This document shows positions 28,010-39,600 of a DNA stretch of 64,000 nucleotides, in pieces (position 1 is the first letter of the stretch; each line of letters opens with the position of its first letter). Both the position numbers and the translations under genes were made by a program. The stretch is from the human T2T-CHM13v2.0 reference genome, Homo sapiens. The notes below the pieces were generated by a model. That model ran no database searches. It was given only the letters and a program-made list of their open reading frames with translations, and was not told where the DNA came from. The stretch is from assembly GCF_009914755.1 (NCBI RefSeq), contig NC_060944.1; one strand, 5' to 3'.

Positions 28010-28200
28010 AGAGACAGGATTCAGACAGATCTGGGTCCAAATCCCGCTTTGCCACATGTCAGCTTGCATGACAAGTTACTTCGCTGTCTGAGCCTCAGCT
28101 TTCCCTTTTGGATGAGAGTACCTTCCTCTCGCTTGGGATGAGAGTACATTCCTTAGGGGATTGTCAGGCTTCCGTTGGGTGATGAAGTGCTTGGTGCAGG
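28010..28200. mobile_element. MIR fragment just upstream of the giant exon
   Basis: cagacagatctgggtccaaatccc...caagttacttcgctgtctgagcctcagctttc. Confidence 0.7.
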
Positions 28201-28268
28201 GTAGGCAAGATTTACTGCATGAGGAGAGAGGAGAGGTGCCCATGGTAAAGTTTGGTTGTTGTCTGCAG

Positions 28269-28304
28269 GTTTTCCAGCATTGTGGGCCATCCAGATGATG
28301 CGGA
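28269..28304 (+). other. ZNF831: 5'-UTR part of the ZNF831 giant exon
   Basis: Acceptor ttgttgtctgcag| at 28268; an in-frame TGA at 28296-28298 excludes N-terminal extension. Confidence 0.8.
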
Positions 28305-31300
28305 ATGGAGGTTCCAGAACCCACCTGCCCTGCCCCTCCTGCGAGGGACCAGCCAGCTCCCACTCCTGGCCCTCCAGGGGCCCCAGGTGGCCAGGCCTCA
28401 CCTCACCTGACCCTGGGCCCTGTCCTTCTGCCGCCAGAGCAGGGCCTGGCCCCCCCCACTGTGTTCCTGAAGGCCCTGCCCATCCCACTGTACCACACGG
28501 TGCCTCCCGGGGGCCTCCAGCCCCGCGCCCCGCTAGTGACGGGCAGCCTAGATGGGGGCAACGTGCCCTTCATACTCAGCCCTGTGCTGCAGCCTGAAGG
28601 GCCTGGCCCCACCCAGGTGGGGAAGCCGGCGGCCCCTACGCTGACGGTGAACATCGTGGGCACTCTGCCTGTCCTGTCGCCGGGCCTGGGCCCCACGCTG
28701 GGCAGCCCAGGCAAGGTGCGGAATGCGGGCAAGTACCTGTGTCCGCACTGTGGTCGCGACTGCCTGAAGCCCAGTGTTCTAGAGAAGCACATCCGGTCCC
28801 ACACGGGTGAGAGGCCCTTCCCGTGTGCCACCTGCGGCATCGCCTTTAAGACCCAGAGCAATCTCTACAAGCACAGGCGGACGCAGACGCACCTCAACAA
28901 CTCCCGGCTGTCCTCAGAGTCCGAGGGCGCCGGGGGCGGCCTCCTGGAGGAAGGGGACAAGGCCGGAGAGCCCCCCAGACCAGAGGGCAGGGGCGAGAGC
29001 AGGTGCCAGGGGATGCACGAAGGCGCCTCGGAGAGACCCCTTTCTCCGGGTGCCCACGTGCCCCTACTTGCCAAGAACCTGGATGTGAGGACCGAAGCTG
29101 CTCCCTGTCCAGGGTCCGCATTTGCCGACAGAGAGGCTCCTTGGGACTCTGCCCCCATGGCGTCACCTGGGCTCCCAGCGGCCAGCACACAACCCTGGCG
29201 TAAGTTGCCAGAGCAGAAGTCGCCGACCGCCGGGAAGCCGTGCGCCCTGCAGCGGCAGCAGGCGACGGCAGCGGAGAAGCCCTGGGATGCCAAGGCCCCC
29301 GAGGGCCGGCTGCGGAAGTGTGAGAGCACCGACTCGGGGTACCTGTCGCGCTCCGACAGCGCGGAGCAGCCGCATGCGCCCTGCAGCCCCCTGCACAGCC
29401 TTTCGGAGCACAGCGCCGAGTCCGAGGGGGAGGGCGGCCCGGGCCCGGGGCCAGGGGTCGCAGGGGCCGAGCCCGGGGCGCGAGAAGCCGGCCTGGAGCT
29501 GGAGAAGAAGCGGCTGGAGGAGCGCATCGCCCAGCTCATCTCCCACAACCAGGCGGTGGTGGACGATGCCCAGCTGGACAACGTGCGGCCCCGGAAGACC
29601 GGGCTGTCCAAACAGGGCAGCATCGACCTGCCCACGCCCTACACCTACAAGGACTCCTTCCACTTTGACATCCGCGCGCTGGAGCCAGGCCGTAGGAGGG
29701 CCCCGGGCCCCGTGCGCTCCACCTGGACGCCCCCAGACAAGTCTCGGCCCCTCTTCTTCCACTCCGTCCCCACTCAGCTCTCCACCACCGTGGAATGTGT
29801 CCCCGTCACCAGGAGCAACTCGCTGCCCTTCGTCGAGGGCTCCAGGACGTGGCTGGAGCCCAGGGAGCCCCGGGACCCCTGGTCCAGGACGCAGAAGCCT
29901 CTGAGCCCCAGGCCCGGCCCAGCCCGCCTGGGCTGCCGCTCGGGACTAAGCTCGACTGACGTTCCCAGTGGGCATCCCCGGGCCCTGGTCAGACAGGCCG
30001 CGGTGGAGGACCTGCCAGGCACCCCCATTGGCGATGCCCTGGTGCCCGCAGAGGACACAGACGCAAAGAGAACTGCTGCGCGGGAGGCCATGGCCGGCAA
30101 GGGCAGAGCGGGCGGCAGGAAGTGCGGCCAGAGAAGGCTGAAGATGTTCTCCCAGGAGAAGTGGCAGGTGTACGGGGATGAGACGTTCAAAAGGATCTAC
30201 CAGAAAATGAAAGCCAGTCCCCATGGAGGCAAGAAAGCCAGGGAGGTGGGAATGGGCAGTGGGGCAGAACTGGGCTTTCCTCTGCAGAAAGAGGCAGCAG
30301 GGAGCTCAGGCACAGTCCCCACCCAAGACAGGAGGACCCCTGTCCATGAGGACATATCCGCAGGGGCAACGCCAGAGCCTTGGGGAAATCCACCAGCCCT
30401 GGAGGCCTCCTTGGTGACTGAACCCACTAAGCATGGGGAGACGGTGGCCAGGAGAGGAGACAGTGACCGACCCAGGGTGGAAGAGGCTGTGTCATCCCCT
30501 GCACTGGGTGGCAGAGACAGTCCCTGTTCAGGCAGTAGGAGCCCCCTGGTCTCTCCAAATGGGAGGCTGGAACTGGGGTGGCAGATGCCCCCAGCACCTG
30601 GCCCCCTCAAAGGGGGTGATGTAGAGGCTCCCAGGCCAGTTTGGCCGGACCCCAAGCTGGAAGGAGGTGCCCGAGGTGTGGGGGATGTTCAGGAGACCTG
30701 CCTGTGGGCCCAGACTGTCCTGAGATGGCCCAGCAGGGGCTCAGGGGAGGACAAGCTCCCCTCAGAGAGGAAGAAGCTGAAAGTGGAGGACCTGCACAGC
30801 TGGAAGCAACCAGAGCCTGTGAGCGCAGAGACCCCAGGTGGGCCCACGCAGCCTGCCTCTTTGTCATCCCAGAAGCAGGATGCCGATCCCGGGGAGGTGC
30901 CAGGGGGCTCAAAGGAGAGTGCCAGGCAGGTGGGCGAGCCTCTGGAGTCCTCTGGAGCCTCCTTGGCTGCTGCTTCTGTTGCCCTGAAGAGGGTGGGGCC
31001 AAGGGACAAGGCTACCCCACTGCATCCTGCAGCCCCAGCCCCCGCAGAGCACCCCTCGCTGGCCACCCCACCTCAGGCTCCTAGAGTGCTCTCTGCCCTG
31101 GCAGATAATGCCTTTTCCCCCAAGTACCTCCTCAGGTTACCTCAGGCAGAGACCCCCTTACCACTGCCCATTCCCTGGGGACCAAGGCACAGCCAGGACT
31201 CTCTCTGCAGCAGTGGGTGGCCTGAAGAACGGGCATCATTTGTTGGGTCAGGACTGGGGACCCCTCTTTCTCCCAGCCCAGCCTCAGGCCCCTCCCCAGG

Positions 31301-32042
31301 TGAGGCGGACAGCATCCTGGAGGACCCCAGCTGTTCCAGGCCACAGGATGGGAGAAAAGGGGCACAGTTGGGGGGGGACAAGGGGGACAGGATGGCCACT
31401 AGCAGGCCAGCAGCCAGGGAGTTGCCCATCTCAGCACCAGGGGCTCCCAGGGAGGCTACCTCCTCCCCGCCCACTCCAACGTGTGAGGCACACTTAGTTC
31501 AGGACATGGAGGGTGACAGCCACCGTATCCATCGCCTCTGCATGGGCAGCACTTTGGCAAGGGCCAGGCTCTCTGGGGATGTCCTGAATCCCTGGGTACC
31601 CAACTGGGAGCTGGGGGAGCCTCCTGGGAATGCCCCAGAAGATCCTTCTTCAGGGCCCCTGGTGGGCCCCGACCCGTGTTCCCCCCTCCAGCCTGGCTCC
31701 TTCCTCACTGCCCTCACTCGGCCTCAGGGTGTGCCCCCAGGCTGGCCAGAGCTGGCCTTGTCTTCCCACTCAGGGACGTCCCGGAGCCACAGCACCCGCA
31801 GTCCCCACAGCACCCAAAACCCCTTTCCCTCACTGAAGGCTGAGCCGCGGCTCACGTGGTGTTGCCTGAGCCGCAGTGTCCCTCTGCCCGCGGAGCAGAA
31901 GGCAAAGGCGGCATCTGTGTACTTGGCGGTGCACTTTCCTGGTAGCAGCCTCCGAGATGAGGGTCCCAATGGCCCTCCTGGGAGCAATGGAGGATGGACC
32001 TGGACAAGCCCTGGAGAAGGAGGGCCGGCGCAGATGTCCAAG
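28305..32042 (+). CDS. ZNF831: Zinc finger protein 831, first coding exon (codons 1-1246)
   Basis: Long ORF from a strong-context ATG (ggaATGg), recognised as ZNF831 ([16 protein letters not shown]...). Contains two C2H2 fingers and ends at donor AAG|GTAAAG after 3738 nt (phase 0). Confidence 0.97.
28480..30190. promoter_or_regulatory. Exonic CpG island
   Basis: Visibly dense CpG and high GC, strongest at about 29200-29960; CpG drops in the 3' half of the exon although GC stays high. Confidence 0.8.
28734..28892 (+). other. ZNF831: Tandem C2H2 zinc-finger pair (aa 144-196), HIVEP/Schnurri type
   Basis: [53 protein letters not shown]; the second finger has H-x5-H spacing. Confidence 0.95.
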
Positions 32043-33153
32043 GTAAAGCTGGGCTTTGCCCCAGGGCCCGGGGTTGAGAGAGCATGTTGTTATCCCGTAA
32101 GACCTCTCATGAGGGAAGGAAGTCTGAAGCCGTCCCATGTAGCATCTGCTGTTCACTGCTTGCTTGTTCCTGAGGGAGGCTGGGGATACCACATAGACAG
32201 CAGGAAGGAATAAAGGCCCAAATGCAAACCAAAACAGAGTTGCGGAAAACATAAATTCCAAAGGAAAGAATTACTGTACTCAAGACATGAGGTGAGATAG
32301 TCTTCATAACCAAATGTAAAATTTAACTGAGCTTCCTGGTAACAGAAGCAAAAAGTAAAATGAAACACTCCATCAGAGAGGTGAGCTCTCTGGATCATTC
32401 TAAGATTATAAGCCAGAGACTCCCAATAATTGAGAGAGTCTTTATACTGGGGATTCTGGAGAAGGAATTACTGTTGATTGGACTCAGCCCTCTCTCTGAG
32501 GTTCCTGGGGGCAGAGAGAAAAGGGGGAAATGTGGTGGATGCTCACAGGTGTTCTCACTTGGTGAAGAAATGATAATGCAGAGCTCCACCTTGAGAGGGG
32601 GTTCACGCACCTGGTTGTGATGACTGAGGGCTTAGTCCTGCTCTGGAGTGGCTTGGGCCGCGGCCACTGAGGACGGTCCTGGAGGCTCAGCAGTCATTTA
32701 ACCTTTGTGGACAGTGACAAAGGCCCGGAGACCAGAGTCTTGCAGGCTGTTCGGCTTTCCCTAGGTGGAACCCAAAGTTGTGGGGAGTGCTGTTTTCATC
32801 TTGAGAGTAGCGGGTTAGTCAGTAGGGCCCCAGGGGTGTGGGGGCTCCCGGGGAGGTGGATTTAGGGGATAGTAAAGGGGCTGGTCACCGTGTTTCTTTG
32901 GCCTCCAGTTAACACCGATGGCATAGGCTTTCCTCTGCGGATCAAGCCCAGGCGGGGTTTCAGGAGGTTCTGTCCAGGAACGCTCTGCCGTTGCCTGGTT
33001 GAACTTCTCAGGGGCTCAGCCCGTTTAGCAATGCAGTATTTCCGTTTTGATTTCTGAAGACAGGCATCTTGTCTGCAGAGCGAGAACCCTTTGGAGTTTT
33101 CTTCATCATGAGGACTTTGAGTAATGTGATGCCAACATGCTTGGTGTTTTCAG

Positions 33154-33290
33154 TTCTCCTACCCAACAGTCCCAGGGGTGATGCCCCAGCACCAGGTGTC
33201 TGAGCCAGAATGGAAGAAAGGCCTGCCTTGGAGGGCAAAGATGTCTCGTGGGAACAGCAAGCAGAGAAAACTGAAGATCAACCCTAAAAG
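33154..33290 (+). CDS. ZNF831: ZNF831 second coding exon (137 nt, phase 0 to 2)
   Basis: ttggtgttttcag|TTC...AAAAG|gtagga; open in frame: FSYPTVPGVMPQHQVSEPEWKKGLPWRAKMSRGNSKQRKLKINPK(R). Confidence 0.9.
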
Positions 33291-34003
33291 GTAGGATGAG
33301 TGGCCACCTCTGTCATTTCCACAAAACCCCAAGAAGAATTTACTATGGGATTTGAAAGGTATCCGTGTGCTCCAGAGAAAGAGTTCCTGTTTCCTAGGGT
33401 TTAGAGCTTCATGATTAAAGGACTGAATTTGTTTCCCACCCCTTGCAACTCACCGCCTGTGTATTTTTTGATGGCACCTTTCTAAGGCCAGGAATCCAGC
33501 AAATCTTTGAAATAACTGGGTTGAAAACACATCCATTCAACTTAAGTCTGGAAGAGAGAGAGCCTGTTAATTATTTACAGCTTTTATTGTGTTTTTAATT
33601 ATGCAAGCAATGAATGTCCTTTGCAGAAAAATTTGACAATACAGATGAGCAAAGAGAAGACAATAAAACATCCTAGTAATCTCGCCACGCAGAGATAATC
33701 ACCGTGAACATTCAGGAGTGTGCCCTTCTAGACTTTTCTTTGCGGTATGTGTTTGCACATATCCACCCCCAACAAACAGGAGGCCCTGTGGATTTTCCTG
33801 CCACTCTTTCATTGTGCCTTTCTTGGATTGTCTTTCTCCTTTGCTTAAAACCCTTCAGGCTGCCCGTTGCATACAAGTTGAAAAGCGAATTCTCTAACCC
33901 CTGCCCTCTTTCTACCCTCATTTTCCCTGTGATCTCCTCCTCTCCTGCTCGCCCTCCACCCTCATCCCATTCTCTAATCCACATTCTAATCCCAGATCCC
34001 TGA

Positions 34004-34368
<365 letters not shown>

Positions 34369-34529
34369 TCAGTAATTTATCCAAAGCCTGGATATTCTTC
34401 AAGGGGCGATCCAAATTCCTAACTTTCCCCTGTAGCTGCTCAGACCCTCAGTGGCTAGAGATGGCCTCTTCTCTTTTGGTTCCCCCTCCTGCCCTGCCTC
34501 TATCAATGGTCTGCCGGGACCATGTGTCC

Positions 34530-34730
34530 AGAGCTAACATTATGGGGCACTTGCTGTGTGCCAGACTTTCCCTAATCGCTTTCTGGCATGCATTGTTTCA
34601 GGAGATCCCACAAGGTACTGCCCATGATGTGGATGGTATTATTAGCCCCATTTTTCTCATGAGGAAATGGAGACACAGAGAGCTTAGATAACCTACCCAA
34701 GGACCCAGATTTGAACCAGCCGGTCTCCTT
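34530..34730. mobile_element. MIR
   Basis: tattattagccccatttttctcatgaggaaatggagacacagagag...gatttgaacc. Confidence 0.75.
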
Positions 34731-35574
34731 CCATAGCCTGTGTGCCAGCTAGTCGCTTGTCTTGGTGCACCCCAGCCTGTCCTGGGCACGCTAGCGGCCT
34801 GGCATTTTCTAGATTTTTCTTGCAATGCTTGAGATTTTGCATTTCTGACACAGCCAGGTGATGGTGCTGGCGTGGCCCCCAGAGCAGGCTTGGGGGAGTG
34901 GGGCTTTCCTTTCCAGCGTCCCTCCTTTCTCATGGATCACTCAGGGTCCTGAGACAGAAGCCTGACTCAAGGTAGTCTGAACAAAACAAGGCCTCCCTGC
35001 CTGTGTAATGGGGCCTCTAAGCCTCATCATCAGCCCTGGCCCAAACTTGGTGGTGTGGGAAGGACAGTCTTCCAAAGGAAAATTCGAGTGCTGCTCTTGG
35101 AGGAAAGGGGAATGCATGCCATCCAGACGGAGGAGCTGCATGCGGGGCTCTGGGAAACAAGGGACATCGGCTAGTGGTTGTGGTCCTCCTCAGTATCTCA
35201 CCAATAAGGAGGAAGTGCTCAGTTACATGTGACTGATAGTTGATGAGCCTGAAGCCTCCAGGCATCATTGGAAAGATGTGGGGAGAGGGAAGAGGATGGG
35301 TTGCCTCATTAACAGCTCCCACTTTCCCAAGACTTCAGCTTGACTAATTCGAAAATATTTACCATGTACCTGCTGTGTGCCTGGTGCCCACACCTGGAGG
35401 TGGCCGAGGAAACTTTCTTAATCCAGGGTGAGGGTCCCAGACTGGAGCCCAGGAGGCTTGGAGATATCACTCCAGGACACCTTGCAAACCCACTAGCAGC
35501 TCTTGGGCCAAACACAGTGCATGTAAGACCCTTATTAGGCCAGTGCTCTAAAACTTTTGGCACTTAGCAGCCAC

Positions 35575-35720
35575 ATAATTAGATGTAAAGATTTCTCATA
35601 AAAATCTGGATTTCTAACTTTTCTTGAAATATGGGAAGCTCTGAAGACACTGGGCCTGCCTCCTTACATGGCAACAGCCAGATGGAGATGAGCAGTGGCC
35701 ACCCCTTGTGGGTAAGAGCT
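35575..35720. mobile_element. DNA transposon fragment (MER103C-like)
   Basis: aaaatctggatttctaacttttcttgaaa...acactgggcc...catggcaaca...gagcagtggccacccc. Confidence 0.55.
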
Positions 35721-36356
35721 GTGTTCCCTGCTGCGCTCTCTAGCTCACCTCTCCCTAATGTCTTACCCTCGGCCAGCCTCTCTCAGTTATGCTCTCTGCC
35801 TGGCCCCCATAGCATTTGAGTTTGCAAATTTTGGCCTTACTAGCTGGCCTTGTGGAACTAGACGGCCTCTCCACTCAACAAATCACGACAAGAGCCCATG
35901 GATGGGCACAGGAAGGGGCAGGGGCATTGCAGAACAGGGAGGAGTCTGAACAAGGACTTAGAGCTCTAACCAAGAGCTCCTGGCTGGGTCAAATGAGGAG
36001 GAAGCTGTTGAGCTTTTTATATGCACAAACGTTTATTGGTTGATAGTGATTTGTTTATCATTGGTCCTTTTGTTGGCTCATGACTGTCTTTTGAGTTAAT
36101 TCCAGCTTCAAGGCCTTTGCACCTGCTAGTCCCTCTACCTCCATCTGCACACTCCTCCTCTTGCTCCTCACATGGCTGGCTCCCCTGTCTCAGAAAAAGC
36201 ATCAGCACCATGAGGGCATGGATATCTAGGCATGGACGTCTTTGAGGGGAGGTATTACTCTGCCTACCACACTGTTTATCCAACCACCCACACACATATG
36301 TTTGTAGATATTTATCTGTCCATCTGCCCACCCACCCACCCACCCATCAACTTACA

Positions 36357-36408
<52 letters not shown>
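36357..36408. repeat. (TATC)13 tetranucleotide STR
   Basis: Read directly; preceded by degenerate (CCCA)n. Confidence 0.97.
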
Positions 36409-36649
36409 ACGTAACCCTTGTGTTCTCTCCTCAAGAAGGAAGCCTACTTCTTGATTCATTTTCCCACTTTAATTTCAGTTGTCTTAATGTTCTACAGAAA
36501 ATGAAATACTGTAGCAGAGATTGCTCTATAGTCCTTAGCTCACAGAGAATGATACAGTTCTCTTCTAAGTAAAATATTACCTTAAATGTTATATAACAAT
36601 ATATAGAAAAGAAAAATTTAAAAGATTATTATGTTGTTTTATGTATTTG

Positions 36650-39600
36650 GCACAAATCATATCAATCTGTGTTTTCATACTTTGCAAATCACCAATAATA
36701 TATAATATTGTTTGGTGTCTTTAAAGTACACATAAAAGTATCATAGTTATTTATCATTTATCATTCTTCAGCTTGATTTTTAAGGTCAACATTGTGTTTT
36801 TGAAGATCTCATCGTGTCAGGACATACTGATCAAATTCATTCATTCTGATTGCTGTAGAGTGTCTCATCCATGAGTAAGAGTTTGCCCTTCATTCATATG
36901 CTTCCTAATATTTGTTGTTATCAGATTTTTTAAGTGATGAATATAATTTATAGGATTCTATATATATCCTAGATTTGTATGTATTATTTGCCTGTTATAT
37001 ATACTGCAAATATGTTTCCAAGTCTATTACTTGTCTTTTTAAGCCCCTTTATTTATATGTACCCACATAATTGCCCATCTCTTGTCTTTTCATTTGTTTC
37101 TGCATGTCAGATCTTCCTTCTGGGATTATTTTCTTCTACCTAAATCATATTCTTTAGAATTTCCTTTATTAGAGAAGGAAATTCTCTTAGTTTTTATTAC
37201 TCTGCAAATATATTTATTTCATCATTGTTGTTGAAAAATAGTTTGCTGGGTACACAATTCTAGGTTGACTGTTATTTTCTCAGCACATCAAAGCTACCAT
37301 TGCACTATCTGTCAGCTTCCATTTTGTGGTAAAGAAAGCCAGCTGTTAGACTACTCATCTGTCTTTTGAAAGTCTTTTATCTCTGGCTACCTTTAAGATC
37401 TTCTTTTATCCTTTGGTGTTCCATAGTTTTACTTTGATGTATATAGATGTATGTTGCTTTTTATTTGTTCCATTAGGAATCCACAGGGCTATTTTGATTT
37501 GTGGATTGGTGTCTCTCTGTAAAAAATTCTTAGCCATCATTCTCCAAATATTGCCTCTGTCCTGTTCCCTCTCCTTCCTTTCTGAAATACTGAAATAATA
37601 TATATTAGTCCTTTTCTATCTTTCATGTCTTTTAATACTTTTAATAACCTTGTTTCTCTGTGCTATAATCTGGATACTTTGTTCAAATCTGTCTTTAAAA
37701 TTTTACCAGTTTTTAAATCTACTATTTTTTGTAAAGCTTTATTAAAGTATAATTAAATTTTAATAAATTGCACATATTTAAAACATACAATTAAATAAAT
37801 TTTGACATATATATATACCTGTGAAACAATATAACCAGGATCATGAACATATCTGTCAAGCCCAAAAGTTTCCTCCTATCCTTTTGTAATTCCTCCCTTC
37901 TGCCCGTCCTGAAGTCCTTCCATCCCCAGGTAACCGCTGATGTGCTTTCTGTCACATAGGATAGTTTGCCTTTTCTAGAATTTTATAGAAACAGAATCAT
38001 ACAATATATGCTCTCTTTTTTTTGCCTGGCTTTATTCACTCAGTATTACTATTTTGAGGTTCATCCATGTTGTGTTTATCAAGAACACATTCCTTCTTAT
38101 TGCTAACTAGTATGCCATTGAGTGAGTATGTCACAATTTGTATACATGTTCACTTGTTGATAGACATTTGGTTTGTTTCAGTTTGGGGCTATTACAAATA
38201 AAATGACTATAAATATTCATATGCAAACCTTTGTATGGACATATGCTTTAAATTATCTTGGGAAAATACCTAGAGGTGAAAAGCCTGGATCATATGGTAG
38301 ATGTATTATTAACTTTTAAAGAAGCTGCCAAATTGTTTTCCAAAGTGGTTGTATTATTTTACATCTCCACTATCAGAGTATGAGAGTTCCATTTCTCTAC
38401 ATTATTGCCAACACTTGGTATGGTAATTTTTTTTAGTTTTAGTCATTTGAATAGTTATGTAGCGGTATCTCTTTATAGCTTGAATTTGCATTTCCCTAAC
38501 AAGTGATGATATTCAGCATCTTTTTTTGTGTGCTTATTTAGCATTTGTATATCTTCTCTGGCGAAGTGTCTCTTCAAATCTTTTGCGCATCAAAAATGGG
38601 TTGTTTTCTTATTGAGTTTTGAGAATTTTTTTAATATACTCTGATTATAAGTTCCTTATCGGAGATGTGATTTGTAACTATTTTCTTTCAATCTATGGCT
38701 TATCTTTCTATTCTTTTAGTAGCATCTTTTAAAAAGCAACTGTCTTTCACTTTGATGATATTTAATTTACCTTTTTTTGTTATGTTTTTAGTGTCATAGT
38801 TTAAAAAAGTGTGTCTAAACAGAGCTTCAAAGCTTTTCTTCTAAATTTTTCTCTAAAGTTTTATACTTTTAAGTTTTATATTTAGGTCTATAATTCATTT
38901 TCACTTAGTGTTTACATATGGTGTGATGTATGGATCGAAGTTCTTATTTTTGTGTGTGGATATCTTATCTAGTTGTTCCAGCATCATTTGTTGATCTATT
39001 TGTCTATTTCAATGCAAATACCACACTGACTTGATTACGCCGCTTGACTCTGAGACTTATTATAAAGCTAAAGTATTCCAAAGAGTGTGGTTTTTGCATC
39101 AAAATGGATACAAAGATCAATGGAGCAAAATAGAGAATACAGAAATAGACCATGCTGTGGTCAATTGATTTTTCATACAGGCTCAAAGGAAATTCAGCGG
39201 AAAAAGTATAGTCTTTTCAACAAATGGTTCCAGACCTGGAAAATTTCTCCATCAATAAGTTGAGGTGTCATCAGGCTTACCTCATCTGTTTCTCTTCTTT
39301 CATGGATCACTGCCTTTATTGCTCAATGTCCAATGCCCTGAACACTATTGTTTTGTATCTTTATTCAGTTTTTTACTTGGGATGGTAAATCTGGTTACTT
39401 TTGCAAAGTCTTGGTCAGAAGTCCCTGGCCTATTGCAGTGCCTCCTAGTTGATCTCCCCTACTTTTATTGGTCTGCTAAAGTTTAAGTTCAATTGTTGAT
39501 GTGAATTATATTTTATTTCCAAAAAGTTTTATTTAATTATTTTTTTAATTTGCTTGATCATTTTATAGTCTCTTGCACTTGACTCTTATTTTCAACCTTT

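Noticed and set aside
28110-28153. Short direct repeat ggatgagagtac(c/a)ttcct x2
   Set aside because: Small slippage duplication inside a MIR with no evident consequence.
28865-29904. Long antisense (256 aa, 199 aa) and alternative-frame (260 aa) ORFs
   Set aside because: Expected shadows of a very GC-rich coding exon with few stop codons; no recognisable domain.
28269-32042. Rolling-circle ORF from a single-exon circle (3774 nt, multiple of 3)
   Set aside because: The in-frame TGA at 28296-28298 would terminate translation.
28305-32213. 1302-aa ORF as the complete CDS
   Set aside because: A phase-0 donor at 32043 splices in frame to two further exons. The last 56 codons are intronic read-through, kept only as an isoform hypothesis.
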